A stretch of 62,684 nucleotides of DNA, counting the filler. It is 4 parts of 4 records of this genome, joined end to end, with 100 filler letters (N's around TTAATTAATTAA, not from the genome) between each part and the next. Parts side by side here need not be neighbours in the genome. Positions count along the whole stretch, not along the records: positions 1 to 21,292 come from SRR22947727_833; positions 21,393 to 29,703 come from SRR22947727_837; 2 more parts are not named here. The stretch is one strand, 5' to 3'. Both the position numbers and the translations under genes were made by a program. Shown here one piece after another: positions 18,933-29,273 of this stretch (the first letter of the stretch is position 1; every line of letters starts with the position of its first letter). The notes under the pieces are model-generated. The model had not been told where the DNA came from and did no database searches. It saw only the letters and a list, made by a program, of their open reading frames with translations.

Positions 18933-21269
18933 TTACTCCGGTTCAGTGAACTCTACCTCCGATTCAGCTGAATCGATTTTACGCAAACTGGTCTTTCCGT
19001 CTGGCCAAATCACTTTTATCGATCCATTCCCTTCTGGTTTTTTGAGAATCAAACCTGACGAATCTTGAGTCAAATAGCCTCCTCCGGCATGGATCTCACG
19101 GATCTGGACTTTCTCATCATCGAATTCAGCAATCACTCGTGCGCCAATCGCATTCGGATTGCCCGCCTTTCCGATCAACCGAATCGAAATTCCCGGCTGG
19201 CTTGACTGATTCAGAAAGAGTCGGGGCGGCCCGTTGTTCACGCCGATCAGTACGTCAGGACGCAGATCGCCATTGATATCGCCAACGCCTGCACTTTTGG
19301 CATCCCCCGGCACAAGGATCCCACTTTCACGTGGCCACATTGGTATAAATTGATCATCAGGACCCGACGCATTTGGATTTCCGCGAAGGAACAGACTGAG
19401 ACTTCCGTCCATGGGTCCAGTTTCCTTTTGCGAAGTGTAAAAATTCTGAGCCAGAACGAGATCCAACCAGCCGTCCAAATCGAAATCAGCAACAGCAATT
19501 CCAAATGTCGGCGCAATTTGAGCCAATTCAGGTAGCGGTGTGATTTTAAATTTTCCTGAGCCGTCATTCGAGATTAGAACAGAATCGAAAGTGGACGCTT
19601 CGAATCGATGAGCCTTGGCGAGAAGCGATGGATCATAAATTTGCTCAAGAGACGAACCCGCAAAATTCGTGAACGTCTTCATTTTTCCATGCAATCCTGG
19701 CATAGCCTCGCGCGAGCAACTGAAGCCGCGACGGGGAAGAATCGCACCGTTTTCATCTAACTTTGCTTCAATCAAATGCGGTTGTCCCGTGTCATCAAAC
19801 CTCCCGTAGAAAAGTAATTCAGGCTTGGCTGCGGTTGGGTGGTATTTCGTATTTCTCCCAAAATTACCCGCGATGTAATCGATGTCTCCATCCCGATCAA
19901 AGTCCCCAGCCGAGATACTATTCCACCACCCAGTGTGCGGCGCGAGTCCAGCGGATCCTGTCTCCTCTTTCAAAATCCCTTTGTCGTTTCGAAACAGTTT
20001 AACCGGCCCCCATTCGTGGGTCACCAGGAGATCCAGCCAACTATCGCCATCCACGTCCGTCCAAATCCCGCTGGTCACTAATCCGCAGTTTATCACCTCG
20101 GGAGCAACCTGATTCGTGACGTCTCGAAATTGTAAATTTCCGTTATTCACGAAAATTGAGCTATTTGCCGTTTTCGGGTATTTCCCCGGAATGATCCGAC
20201 CTCCAAGGAACAAATCGAGATCACCATCGCGATCAAAATCGGCGGCGGAAACCACACTCCCACTACTTTTGGTCGCCGGAATCGAACTCGGCGATGCGGA
20301 CATAAAATTTCCCTCTCCGTCATTCAGGTATAGTCGATCTCCCAATTTGGTCGACTCGACACTGCCAGACACAACAAACAAATCAGGGTCACCGTCACCA
20401 TCCGCTTCGAAAAACAAAACTCCCATGTCTTCTGAAAGAGCATCGCCAGCAAAAGCAGCGGAATTTCGCAGGGAGAATATTGGATTGTCATTTTCATCGA
20501 GTCCACGATTCAAGAGCAGCCGAGTTGGCTTTCCAGCAGAACCGCTCAGAACCAGATCTAAGGCCCCATCGCCATCTGCATCACTCCATGCCTGCCCTGG
20601 CCCGAGCTGCGAATGTTGGTGAGGTAAGAGCGGCTGCTTCGCAAAATCATCAAATGGCGTTTCGCGAAAATCGAGGCTCAGCAATGACCTGCTTTCGCGA
20701 AAAAGCGGCTGCGGAAATTCCAATTTTTTACGGGCTGAGGCTTCGTCCGATGGGGAAATTTCGTAACGCTGACTCACCTCCGAAATCTCATACTGCTGCT
20801 GCCCTGTCGACCAGTTCACTACAATTTCGGCTGGAGTTTTCGAGTCCAAACCAAAATGCAAAACCGGTTCGTCGGATTCGAGATAGCCGTTTTGCGGCGT
20901 GAGTCGACGGTTCATTTCTGAGCCATCTTCAAATCTCACCGTGACTTTGGCGGCATTTTGCTGAAAATGCCCCCGGTCATCTTTGAGCCGAACTTGCAAA
21001 AAACGGCCTCCCTTTTCAGCAGCTGTATTTCGATAAATCGCGGGTGGATTATTCAACTGATGAATGATCAAATCGAGGTCTCCATCGCGATCCAAATCGG
21101 CAAGCGCGGTTCCGTAGCTCATGGTTTCGCCTTCAAATCCCCAAGCCTTGCTTGCCGGCTCAAACTTCAAATCCCCAAGATTTCGAAACGCCGCATTCGG
21201 CTCGCGCAACTCAGGAATGTGTTCGTAAAAATCCCAATAATTTTTCCCGACACGCATCGCCGGCGTCAA
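18933..21269 (-). CDS. FG-GAP/VCBS repeat, ASPIC/UnbV (CRTAC1-like) protein, 5' truncated at the contig end
   Basis: Many DxDxDGDxD repeats; two ASPIC-like motifs (NGYLESDEPVLHFGL and NAIGARV..GGGYLTQ). Confidence 0.9.
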   Translation of the reverse strand: MTPAMRVGKNYWDFYEHIPELREPNAAFRNLGDLKFEPASKAWGFEGETMSYGTALADLDRDGDLDLIIHQLNNPPAIYRNTAAEKGGRFLQVRLKDDRGHFQQNAAKVTVRFEDGSEMNRRLTPQNGYLESDEPVLHFGLDSKTPAEIVVNWSTGQQQYEISEVSQRYEISPSDEASARKKLEFPQPLFRESRSLLSLDFRETPFDDFAKQPLLPHQHSQLGPGQAWSDADGDGALDLVLSGSAGKPTRLLLNRGLDENDNPIFSLRNSAAFAGDALSEDMGVLFFEADGDGDPDLFVVSGSVESTKLGDRLYLNDGEGNFMSASPSSIPATKSSGSVVSAADFDRDGDLDLFLGGRIIPGKYPKTANSSIFVNNGNLQFRDVTNQVAPEVINCGLVTSGIWTDVDGDSWLDLLVTHEWGPVKLFRNDKGILKEETGSAGLAPHTGWWNSISAGDFDRDGDIDYIAGNFGRNTKYHPTAAKPELLFYGRFDDTGQPHLIEAKLDENGAILPRRGFSCSREAMPGLHGKMKTFTNFAGSSLEQIYDPSLLAKAHRFEASTFDSVLISNDGSGKFKITPLPELAQIAPTFGIAVADFDLDGWLDLVLAQNFYTSQKETGPMDGSLSLFLRGNPNASGPDDQFIPMWPRESGILVPGDAKSAGVGDINGDLRPDVLIGVNNGPPRLFLNQSSQPGISIRLIGKAGNPNAIGARVIAEFDDEKVQIREIHAGGGYLTQDSSGLILKKPEGNGSIKVIWPDGKTSLRKIDSAESEVEFTEPE

Positions 21270-21292
21270 CTACATCAAGTTATCAATACACA

Positions 21293-21392
21293 NNNNNNNN
21301 NNNNNNNNNNNNNNNNNNNNNNNNNNNNNNNNNNNNTTAATTAATTAANNNNNNNNNNNNNNNNNNNNNNNNNNNNNNNNNNNNNNNNNNNN
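21293..21392. other. Artificial contig spacer N44-TTAATTAATTAA-N44
   Basis: N runs around a six-frame-stop linker; GC content and gene style change sharply across it. Confidence 0.97.
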
Positions 21393-21531
21393 AGGCTTAA
21401 CAAATGTGTTATTAATTATATCTAGTGTTGTTTTTGGACTAATAATTCTTAAAATATTTAATTTATCAGAAAGAATCACTTTATAATTTATTTTAAACAT
21501 TTTTTCTTAAATTAATAAAAAATTAATTCCT

Positions 21532-21705
21532 ATGAAATTTTTAGAAAAATATTACCCGATAATATTGGCTTTTTTAAGTTTTCTTTATTCCATTTTTTTG
21601 TGGTTTTCTGGAAATGAATTAGAAGGTATTTATGTAGGGCTTTGGCCAGTTACTATTTTAGCTTTTTCTGTTGCTTTAAGACAAAGAAGAAGAGACGATA
21701 AATAA
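21532..21705 (+). CDS. Small membrane protein, 57 aa (not in ORF track)
   Basis: MKFLEKYYPIILAFLSFLYSIFLWFSGNELEGIYVGLWPVTILAFSVALRQRRRDDK: two TM helices and a basic tail. Confidence 0.7.
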   Translation: MKFLEKYYPIILAFLSFLYSIFLWFSGNELEGIYVGLWPVTILAFSVALRQRRRDDK

Positions 21706-21710
21706 AAATT

Positions 21711-21818
21711 ATGAAAAATCAATTAATGTTCACCGTTGGTGTTGTAGTTTTTGTAGTCTATATTTTTTTCTATTTTAAGATTGTTTTAAAAAATCCCAAA
21801 AAAGATAAAAGAAATTAA
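21711..21818 (+). CDS. Small single-TM protein, 35 aa (not in ORF track)
   Basis: MKNQLMFTVGVVVFVVYIFFYFKIVLKNPKKDKRN; starts 5 nt after the previous stop. Confidence 0.55.
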   Translation: MKNQLMFTVGVVVFVVYIFFYFKIVLKNPKKDKRN

Positions 21819-21879
21819 CTACTGATTTAGTTTTGTGAATTCAAAGACAAATTCTTGAGTGTAGTCTTGATTTTAAGCC

Positions 21880-24612
21880 CTAAACTTCTTTCTCCACAAA
21901 AGGCGTTTCTATATTAAAGAGCTCTTGAAGTATGCCAACAAGCACTTCTTTGAACGCATTGCAAGTATCTTCTGCTACAATGTTTTTGTTTGAGGGCTTA
22001 AGCGTGTCTTCAAAGAACATATAGCCATCCTGGGTGTTTTTAAAACTATAGATACCTGTTTTAACAGGAGTGTTTCCATGATTTTGGGAATATAAAAGTG
22101 CGTAGGAGAGTAGCTGAAGGACTTTGGCTCTCTCTGGGCTATTGTTTAAACCGTCCCAGTCCTTGAGTTTTAAATCAGTGGGTTTAACCGCACCCGTTTT
22201 AAAATCAATAATATGGGTCACACCATTTCTTTTGTCTACCCGGTCTAAACTACCTTTGAATAAAACACTTTCAGAAACACCTGGAATTTGGAGGGTCATT
22301 TGGTATTCTTTCTCGAGGCTTTCTATATAAATTGGTTCTTTTTTAGCGCATTCTTGATCGTATTCTAAGAAATCTTTTAGGTATTGAAGCAATACAGAAA
22401 AAGCGATGAGGTTTTTTCCTTTGAGCGATTTTGTGGGGCTGTGGTGTTTTTCAAAAAAGTGCGTCAGGATATGGGGTAGTTGCTGATTAAATTCTTTAAA
22501 GTGGTTTTCAGTCAATACTTGACCAATAGCAGGAGTGTAAAGTGCTTGTAAACTGTCGTGAACTATAGTTCCAAAAGTGTTATAAGCGATTAGTTCCTCC
22601 AGGATTTCAGGATCTTTTAGCTTTAAAACATAGCGTTTATAAAAATCTATAGGGTTCCTTATATAGGTATTTAAAGCAGAGGGAGAAAACCCAGTTTTTG
22701 CTTTTTGCAGCAATTGATCAATAACGCTTTGGTCTTTTTTAATCTCTATTAGTGGAGGAGTAACAGCATCTAAAATAGGCATGGCTAATTGGTCATTTAC
22801 CTGTACTTTGGCTATCCCTTGTGTTTTTAATTGATGTACAAACCTACTGGGCTCTCCTCCTTCCAAAACATCTGTTGCCGTGTTGTACAGCAAGTATACG
22901 TTTTTTGCCCTTTGTAACAACCTGTAAAAGTGATAAGCGTATACCGCATCTTTTTCTTTAAAACTAGGCAGTCCAAATATCTTTTTTAGGGAAAGTGGTA
23001 TGTATGAATTGGTGGATTTTCCTCCAGGAAGAATTCCTTCGTTTACATGAGCGATAATGACTGTTTCAAAATCCAGGTTTCTACTCTCCAACATACCCAT
23101 TAATTGAAGTCCCTCTAAGGCGTCTCCACTAAAAGAAAGTCTTTTTTTAGAAAGGGTTTCTAAATATATTTTCTTTAAACCAGAAAGGTTGTCTATAAAC
23201 GGAAAGGCAGTTAACTGGGCGCTAAGCCCATCAAAAATCTCAATAAAATAGCGTACTTCAGAGCTTATTTGAGGCTGTTTATTTTTTTCAGAAAAATCAT
23301 TTAATACCCAAAGTAATTCTTGAAATCTACTGACAAAAGCAGCTGGCACATTCGCTTTATCCTTAAAAAGGAGGGATATGATTGTATGGCTTGTATTAAA
23401 AGCAGCATTTATATAATCTGTACTTAAACTTGAAATATTTTGCTTTTGGCAGTCGTAGATGAATGTGTTCACCGCATTGTATTGGTTTACTTCTACTAAA
23501 AGTTTTATATAGGGATGGGTTAAAACATCCTGAACCTGTTTTATATGCCAACCATTTGAATAGTTGTTGGTGTGTAAATCAAATAAATGCGCCACTAAAG
23601 TAGCCATAGGAACACCAGACAAGGGCGCTCCCATAGTGATATTAGCTTTTAGCCCGTTTGGGATAGCGTGTATGACAGGGTTTAATAGTTCCTCATCTCC
23701 TAAAACAATAGCCGTATTTAAGACTTGCTCTTGAGAGAATTCATTTAAAATTTCACCGATCAATTGCGCCTGGGAAACACTCTTTGGGACACCATATATA
23801 TTGACTTTTTTTTCTGTAGAGGTGTATCTATTAGAAACCCCCTCTGGTTTACTTTCTTGAAAATAGGGCCAGTTTTTCAAGTGTTTTCTCATAAAATAGC
23901 CCGCTTCATGTAGGGGGTTTTCCAGAAAATATTGGTCTAAATCCCAAAAGATAGACCCTCTTTTTTCAGATAAGATATATTGTATAATGTCAGATTCAGA
24001 CGTATTTAAGGCGTTAAAACCAATGAAATAAAATGTTGTGGCGGGTAAGTCTATTAAAAATTGCGCTATATTTTCTTTTGCCTTTTTATACAATAAGCCT
24101 TGGTGCCCAATGCCTTGTGCTAACATTTTTTTGGTGAAACGCTCATACAGCTCCGGAAGGATTTCCCAAAACTTTAAATACGCTTTTACCATCTCTGTTT
24201 TATCTTCTTCCAGGGCCCAGTGAGATACTTCTTGTAAGTTTTGAATGTGGGTGTACAATTTTTTAGCGGTTATACCGTATCTATCAATTTCATTAAAATC
24301 TTGAAGTATGGTGGTCCCCCAACCTATAAAACTAGAAAAGGACTCTTTGTCTTTTATACCGGTCTCTAAATAACTCTCGTACAACAGGCAAAGAGACGTT
24401 TCAGTGCTTGCAGGCTCAATGACGGCAAGCCGAGTAATAAATGCCTCTATACTTAAAAACTCAGGCGCAAAAATGGTTTTTGAATTGTTTTTTTTGAGAT
24501 AGTTTGCCGCAAAAACCCCTGCTCTTTTACTTGGGAATACCCAAATAGTATTGGAAAAATCAGGATTTTCCTTAATTATTTTATCAGTGATTTCTGCGAG
24601 AAATGGGGTCAT
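21880..24612 (-). CDS. addB: PD-(D/E)XK nuclease family protein, AddB-like
   Basis: VFPSKRAG; GMLESRNLDF; FSPSAL; GSLDRVD...IIDFKTG; QLLSY. Confidence 0.85.
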   Translation of the reverse strand: MTPFLAEITDKIIKENPDFSNTIWVFPSKRAGVFAANYLKKNNSKTIFAPEFLSIEAFITRLAVIEPASTETSLCLLYESYLETGIKDKESFSSFIGWGTTILQDFNEIDRYGITAKKLYTHIQNLQEVSHWALEEDKTEMVKAYLKFWEILPELYERFTKKMLAQGIGHQGLLYKKAKENIAQFLIDLPATTFYFIGFNALNTSESDIIQYILSEKRGSIFWDLDQYFLENPLHEAGYFMRKHLKNWPYFQESKPEGVSNRYTSTEKKVNIYGVPKSVSQAQLIGEILNEFSQEQVLNTAIVLGDEELLNPVIHAIPNGLKANITMGAPLSGVPMATLVAHLFDLHTNNYSNGWHIKQVQDVLTHPYIKLLVEVNQYNAVNTFIYDCQKQNISSLSTDYINAAFNTSHTIISLLFKDKANVPAAFVSRFQELLWVLNDFSEKNKQPQISSEVRYFIEIFDGLSAQLTAFPFIDNLSGLKKIYLETLSKKRLSFSGDALEGLQLMGMLESRNLDFETVIIAHVNEGILPGGKSTNSYIPLSLKKIFGLPSFKEKDAVYAYHFYRLLQRAKNVYLLYNTATDVLEGGEPSRFVHQLKTQGIAKVQVNDQLAMPILDAVTPPLIEIKKDQSVIDQLLQKAKTGFSPSALNTYIRNPIDFYKRYVLKLKDPEILEELIAYNTFGTIVHDSLQALYTPAIGQVLTENHFKEFNQQLPHILTHFFEKHHSPTKSLKGKNLIAFSVLLQYLKDFLEYDQECAKKEPIYIESLEKEYQMTLQIPGVSESVLFKGSLDRVDKRNGVTHIIDFKTGAVKPTDLKLKDWDGLNNSPERAKVLQLLSYALLYSQNHGNTPVKTGIYSFKNTQDGYMFFEDTLKPSNKNIVAEDTCNAFKEVLVGILQELFNIETPFVEKEV

Positions 24613-24643
24613 TTTAATAAGGGCTTACTTTATTTAAAAATAT

Positions 24644-24668
24644 AAAAAGCGCCGTTAAAACGGCGCTT
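24644..24668 (-). terminator. Rho-independent terminator downstream of kbl
   Basis: aagcgccgtt-aa-aacggcgctt stem with an A tract that gives U on the minus strand. Confidence 0.7.
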
Positions 24669-24845
24669 AATACAATATTTTATTTGGCATACATTAGTTT
24701 ACCACAACCCCTAACCTTTTATTGCGTTTTCTAGTACAAAAAGAATGGTTTTTGCGCATAAGGTTATTTTTTAGATTCATAGGCTAAGATATTAAACAGC
24801 TTAAAACAAGCACAATAGCTGCAGTTTAACGACAATTTACGACTT

Positions 24846-26039
24846 TTAAACGACCCCAAGGTTTTTACCAACCTTTTCAAAGGCCTTAAGCGCCTGGTCT
24901 AGATCAGATTGATTGAGTGCCGCAGAGAGTTGTACCCTAATCCTTGCTTTTCCTTTGGGAACCACAGGATAAAAGAACCCAATCACATAAACCCCTTCTT
25001 TTAAAAGATCCATTGCCATTTTCTGAGCCAAAGGCGCGTCGTAAAGCATGATAGGAACAATTGCAGAGTCACCATCCACAATGTCAAAGCCAAGGGCTTT
25101 AATCCCTTTTTTAAAATAATGTGTGTTGGCCTCTAGTTGGTCTCTAAAAGAAGTGTCTTTTTCTATAATGTCAAATACTTTAATAGAAGCACCCACAATA
25201 GCTGGAGCCAAAGAGTTTGAAAATAAATAGGGCCTTGATCTTTGGCGGAGCATTTCAATGATTTCTTTTTTACCTGTGGTGTATCCGCCCATGGCGCCAC
25301 CAAGGGCCTTTCCAAGGGTTCCAGTAATAATATCTACCCTTCCCATTACGCCTTTAGCTTCTAGAGACCCCCTTCCGGTAGCTCCTAAAAAACCAGCAGC
25401 ATGGCATTCGTCTACCATGACTAGCGCGTTGTACTGGTCTGCTAAATCACATATTTTGTCTAGTGGCGCCACTAAGCCGTCCATAGAAAACACCCCATCA
25501 GTTACAATAATTTTAAATCTAGCACCGTCTTCTTGGGCTTGCTTTAATTGGGTTTCTAAGTCTGCCATATCACTATTGGCGTACCTATATCTTTTGGCTT
25601 TACAAAGCCGCACTCCGTCAATGATTGAGGCATGGTTTAAAGCATCTGATATAATAGCATCTTCAGGTCCAAATAATGGCTCAAAGAGCCCTCCGTTTGC
25701 ATCAAAAGCAGCAGCGTATAAAATGGTGTCTTCTGTTTGGTAAAAGGAAGCTATTTTTTGCTCTAATGTTTTATGAATATCTTGGGTGCCACAGATAAAT
25801 CTTACAGAAGACATGCCAAATCCATGAGAATCTAGGGTGTCTTTGGCTGCCTTTATGACCTCAGGATGCGCAGAAAGTCCTAGGTAGTTGTTGGAACACA
25901 GGTTAATGACATGCGACCCATCCGTAAGTGATACATCTGATCCTTGTGGCCCGCTTATCACTCGTTCACTCTTAAATAAACCGTCTTTTTTTATTTGTTC
26001 TAGCTCTTCTGCTAGGAATGATCCTATTTCTTTATACAT
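24846..26039 (-). CDS. kbl: Glycine C-acetyltransferase (2-amino-3-ketobutyrate CoA ligase)
   Basis: NNYLGL; GMSSVRFICGTQD; LNHASIIDG; DECH; TLGKALGG; RIRVQLSA. Confidence 0.96.
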   Translation of the reverse strand: MYKEIGSFLAEELEQIKKDGLFKSERVISGPQGSDVSLTDGSHVINLCSNNYLGLSAHPEVIKAAKDTLDSHGFGMSSVRFICGTQDIHKTLEQKIASFYQTEDTILYAAAFDANGGLFEPLFGPEDAIISDALNHASIIDGVRLCKAKRYRYANSDMADLETQLKQAQEDGARFKIIVTDGVFSMDGLVAPLDKICDLADQYNALVMVDECHAAGFLGATGRGSLEAKGVMGRVDIITGTLGKALGGAMGGYTTGKKEIIEMLRQRSRPYLFSNSLAPAIVGASIKVFDIIEKDTSFRDQLEANTHYFKKGIKALGFDIVDGDSAIVPIMLYDAPLAQKMAMDLLKEGVYVIGFFYPVVPKGKARIRVQLSAALNQSDLDQALKAFEKVGKNLGVV

Positions 26040-26055
26040 GACCGTTGTTTTATTT

Positions 26056-29000
26056 TCATACAAATATAGGCAGCACACGCGCACCGTCTACGTAGACTAA
26101 AATTTTATTTTCTACCTGGTAGCCCATCTCTTCCAAAAGTGCTCCATAACTTTTTATTTGAACCTGGTCTTCTTCTTTTTCAACACCTGTTTTATAATCA
26201 ATTACCGTTACTTTATTTTCGTTAAAAACCAATCGATCTGGTCGTGCCACTGAGCCGTTTTGGGTAAAAATATCTTTTTCATTAAAGGCCTTAAGCCCTT
26301 TTTGATAATATTTTTCCAAGTGCTCGTGTGAGATTATGCCAACGGCTTGGGTTTTAAGCGATCCCAGATCTGCGCTGGGATAAGCTTTACTTGTTTTTTC
26401 AAGCGATTTTTCCAAGGGATGAATATCCAGTTGTTCTAATAAATAGTGAAGTTGCTGTCCCAAGTTTTGTGCTTGCAATACTTTCTCTGGAACAAAAGTA
26501 TGCGGATGCATCAGCAGTGCATAACGCTCATGGGTGTTTTGTGTTAATTGAAAAAATATGGTTTTAGGATCGTTTTTGTGGGCTGCTGTTGTTTCTTCCG
26601 GCATCTTAAAGTGGCCAAAGGTGTAGCGCTGTTTTTCCGCAGACCACTCCCCTTGATCCATGAGGTAATCTATTAACAATCCAGAGTATTGGTTTTTATT
26701 CACTTTCCCATCTTTATTTAATGCCATCCCGCCAATGACAAAAAGTGCCTGTGATGCTCTTGTGAGGGCTACGTATAAAATATTGAGCGCGTCTAACACC
26801 AATCGCTGGTCTTCTTCTTCAATAATCTGCTTTGACAATGGGTTGTATTGTGCAATTTTGTCATTTTTAGCCAAGAGCAGGTATTCAAAACCATCAAAGT
26901 CTTCCTTTGGAACGGGAAGCCAAAAAGTAGGGGTCCGCTCTTCTTTTAAAGGCGTTTCTGCAAATGGAAAAATCACTACAGGGAATTCAAGTCCTTTGGC
27001 TTTATGAACGGTGAGTATTTGAATGGCATTTAATCCATCTGGCGCTGAAACACTCAATTGAGATTTTTTCTGTTCCCAGTATTGAAGCAATACGCTTGGG
27101 CCACCTCCTTCTTTTAAACTTACTTCTGACACTACATCTAAAAAGAATTGAAGGTAAGCGTCTTTTCCATTAGCCAATGAAAAAGAGCGGATGCCCATAA
27201 GGCAAAAATCATAGATCGATGCAGTATTTAAAGCTTCCGGATTAAACCCAAATTCGGATTTAAAAAATTCTGAAGCATTCCCCAAAGATTTTTTAATATA
27301 CTCATGTACGGAGATTTTATTTTGTATCTGAGCCAGATAGGCCAGTAGTGGGTATGCTTGGTAAGGGGTGGTTTCTTGGTAAACAAAGCGAATTAATTGA
27401 ACCAGAAAACGCACCTTAGGGTGGTTGTCTAAAAGCAAAGATTCTGAAGAAATTACAGGAATTTGTTTTTCTATTAGGTACTGAGCAAGTAATACCCCGT
27501 GTTTTTTTTTGCGGGTTAAAAGACAAATATCTCCATAAGAAAAACCTTTGTCTAAGGAAGCATTTATGGCATCTAATACCTTTTCGCAATAGTGCGCTTC
27601 CTTGTCCGGATCATCATCTAGGAATTCTAGTGATACAAAACCACCACTTTCCTTTTGAGGCTTTTGGTGGCTCCCATCTCGGTATAATGACGCAAAATTT
27701 TCTCGTTCTAAATAGGCTGCGGTATAGTTAAAAAAGCGGTTGTTGAACTGCACTATTTCGAATAGACTCCTAAAATTATTAGGAAGGTTAATCACCTTTG
27801 GTTGAGCGGCAGGGAATGCTTTGTTTTCATAGAGGTCAATGAATTGCTCTGCGTTACCGCCACGCCATCTATAGATAGATTGCTTGGCATCTCCCACCAA
27901 AAGCAAGGAGCCTCTTTGGCCTTTTTCATCTTCTGAAACCACGGCATTTTCCAGTAAGGGTTTTAGGTTGTCCCACTGCAGCGAGGAAGTATCTTGAAAT
28001 TCATCTATAAAAAAGTGGTTGTACTGCTCTCCCATTCTTTCATAAATAAAAGGGACAGATTGGTTTTTTATAGCGTCTTGTATTTTTTTATTGAATTCGG
28101 ATATGGGTAATATTTCTTGATTTTCACAATAGCTTTTTACTTGGTATTGCAAGGCATTTATAAGCCTCAAGGACAGCAAGTGCTTGTGGGCGTTACGGTA
28201 AAAATATTGAAGGCTTATGGCCAATAAAATAACCTTCATATAACCACTCAATTGTGGCTGAATCCTCATGATAGTGTCCTGAGCTTCCACAGGGGTTTTT
28301 TCGGTATATAATTTGGTGTCTTCGAATTCTTGAATCCATTTGGCGGTGGTATCTGGAAGTGCACCGCTTATAATTTTATCTATAAATTTTGGCAAGGACT
28401 GTCTGCTAAAATCTGTGGGGATTAAACCACTTTCTGACAGCAGTGTTTTAATACTTTTTGCCGCTTCCATAAATACCTGTTCGCTTTGAGAAATTTTTGA
28501 CTTAAGCGTTTTCTTTAGATTTTCAAAGTCTGATAATTTCTTGTTTGAAAGGTGTTCTAAGGGGGCTATATGTTGGTCTGAAAAAAGTAATTTTCCTATA
28601 TTTTTTAAATCAAAACTCAGGTCCCAGCTCTTGTCTTCTGAAATTTTCTCTAGGGCAAACGCCACTAAAATATCGGTGAGTGCAGCGTCATTTCCGGCCC
28701 GATCAATCAGGGCGTTTACGCCCTCTGTGAGCACCAAGTCCGTGTCTAATTGCACCTCAAAATTTTGAGGAAGTTTTAGGTCTTTGGCAAAAGTTCTAAT
28801 GAGACGGTGGTTGAATTTGTCAATAGTAGACACTTCAAAAAACGCATAATTATGCAAGAGTTGCATCAGGACTTTTTCGGACTTTTTTTGAAGCACCTCT
28901 CTAGAACAACCCAGTTCTTTAACTACATCTGAAAAAAGCGATTCACTTTTTTTTGGACAAGGCGTTAGAGAAAAATCAGCCAGACCCGTTAGAATCCTTT

Positions 29001-29163
29001 CCTTCATTTCGTTTACCGCTTTATTGGTAAACGTTAGGGCCAGGATGTGGCCAAAATTATTGTGGGCATTTGGTGCCAAAATAAGCTTTAAATACACTTT
29101 TGTAAGGGTGTAAGTTTTTCCAGATCCTGCAGATGCGTTGTAAATGAGAAAGTTGTCTTTCAC
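26056..29163 (-). CDS. addA: UvrD-type helicase-nuclease, AddA-like
   Basis: ASAGSGKT; TFTNKA; IDEFQDTS; VGDAKQSIYRWRG; TVHKAKGLEF; YVALTRA; C-terminal RPDR..IDYKTG. Start is GTG at 29163 or ATG at 29187. Confidence 0.9.
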   Translation of the reverse strand: MKDNFLIYNASAGSGKTYTLTKVYLKLILAPNAHNNFGHILALTFTNKAVNEMKERILTGLADFSLTPCPKKSESLFSDVVKELGCSREVLQKKSEKVLMQLLHNYAFFEVSTIDKFNHRLIRTFAKDLKLPQNFEVQLDTDLVLTEGVNALIDRAGNDAALTDILVAFALEKISEDKSWDLSFDLKNIGKLLFSDQHIAPLEHLSNKKLSDFENLKKTLKSKISQSEQVFMEAAKSIKTLLSESGLIPTDFSRQSLPKFIDKIISGALPDTTAKWIQEFEDTKLYTEKTPVEAQDTIMRIQPQLSGYMKVILLAISLQYFYRNAHKHLLSLRLINALQYQVKSYCENQEILPISEFNKKIQDAIKNQSVPFIYERMGEQYNHFFIDEFQDTSSLQWDNLKPLLENAVVSEDEKGQRGSLLLVGDAKQSIYRWRGGNAEQFIDLYENKAFPAAQPKVINLPNNFRSLFEIVQFNNRFFNYTAAYLERENFASLYRDGSHQKPQKESGGFVSLEFLDDDPDKEAHYCEKVLDAINASLDKGFSYGDICLLTRKKKHGVLLAQYLIEKQIPVISSESLLLDNHPKVRFLVQLIRFVYQETTPYQAYPLLAYLAQIQNKISVHEYIKKSLGNASEFFKSEFGFNPEALNTASIYDFCLMGIRSFSLANGKDAYLQFFLDVVSEVSLKEGGGPSVLLQYWEQKKSQLSVSAPDGLNAIQILTVHKAKGLEFPVVIFPFAETPLKEERTPTFWLPVPKEDFDGFEYLLLAKNDKIAQYNPLSKQIIEEEDQRLVLDALNILYVALTRASQALFVIGGMALNKDGKVNKNQYSGLLIDYLMDQGEWSAEKQRYTFGHFKMPEETTAAHKNDPKTIFFQLTQNTHERYALLMHPHTFVPEKVLQAQNLGQQLHYLLEQLDIHPLEKSLEKTSKAYPSADLGSLKTQAVGIISHEHLEKYYQKGLKAFNEKDIFTQNGSVARPDRLVFNENKVTVIDYKTGVEKEEDQVQIKSYGALLEEMGYQVENKILVYVDGARVLPIFV

Positions 29164-29237
29164 CCTCTTTTTTAATGCAAAATACACATATTTGCTCCTT
29201 CTTATTCATTTTTAGGGTCTTTTTCAAAGACTTATTG

Positions 29238-29245
29238 TAAATTTG
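29238..29245 (+). promoter_or_regulatory. Bacteroidetes -7 promoter box (TAnnTTTG) for sod
   Basis: TAAATTTG lies 29 nt upstream of the sod ATG. Confidence 0.55.
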
Positions 29246-29273
29246 ATATGCAATAAACTTAAAAAAATATATT

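Noticed and set aside
21270..21292. In-frame stop just upstream of the ASPIC/UnbV ORF
   Set aside because: It lies in the last ~23 nt of a contig, so a poor-quality or chimeric end is more likely than a real lesion.
21337..21348. TTAATTAATTAA repeated three times in the window
   Set aside because: Synthetic six-frame-stop linker inside N runs; not biological.
21880..29163. Helicase plus PD-(D/E)XK nuclease as an anti-phage system or Cas4
   Set aside because: Sizes, motifs and the kbl/sod context fit housekeeping AddAB.
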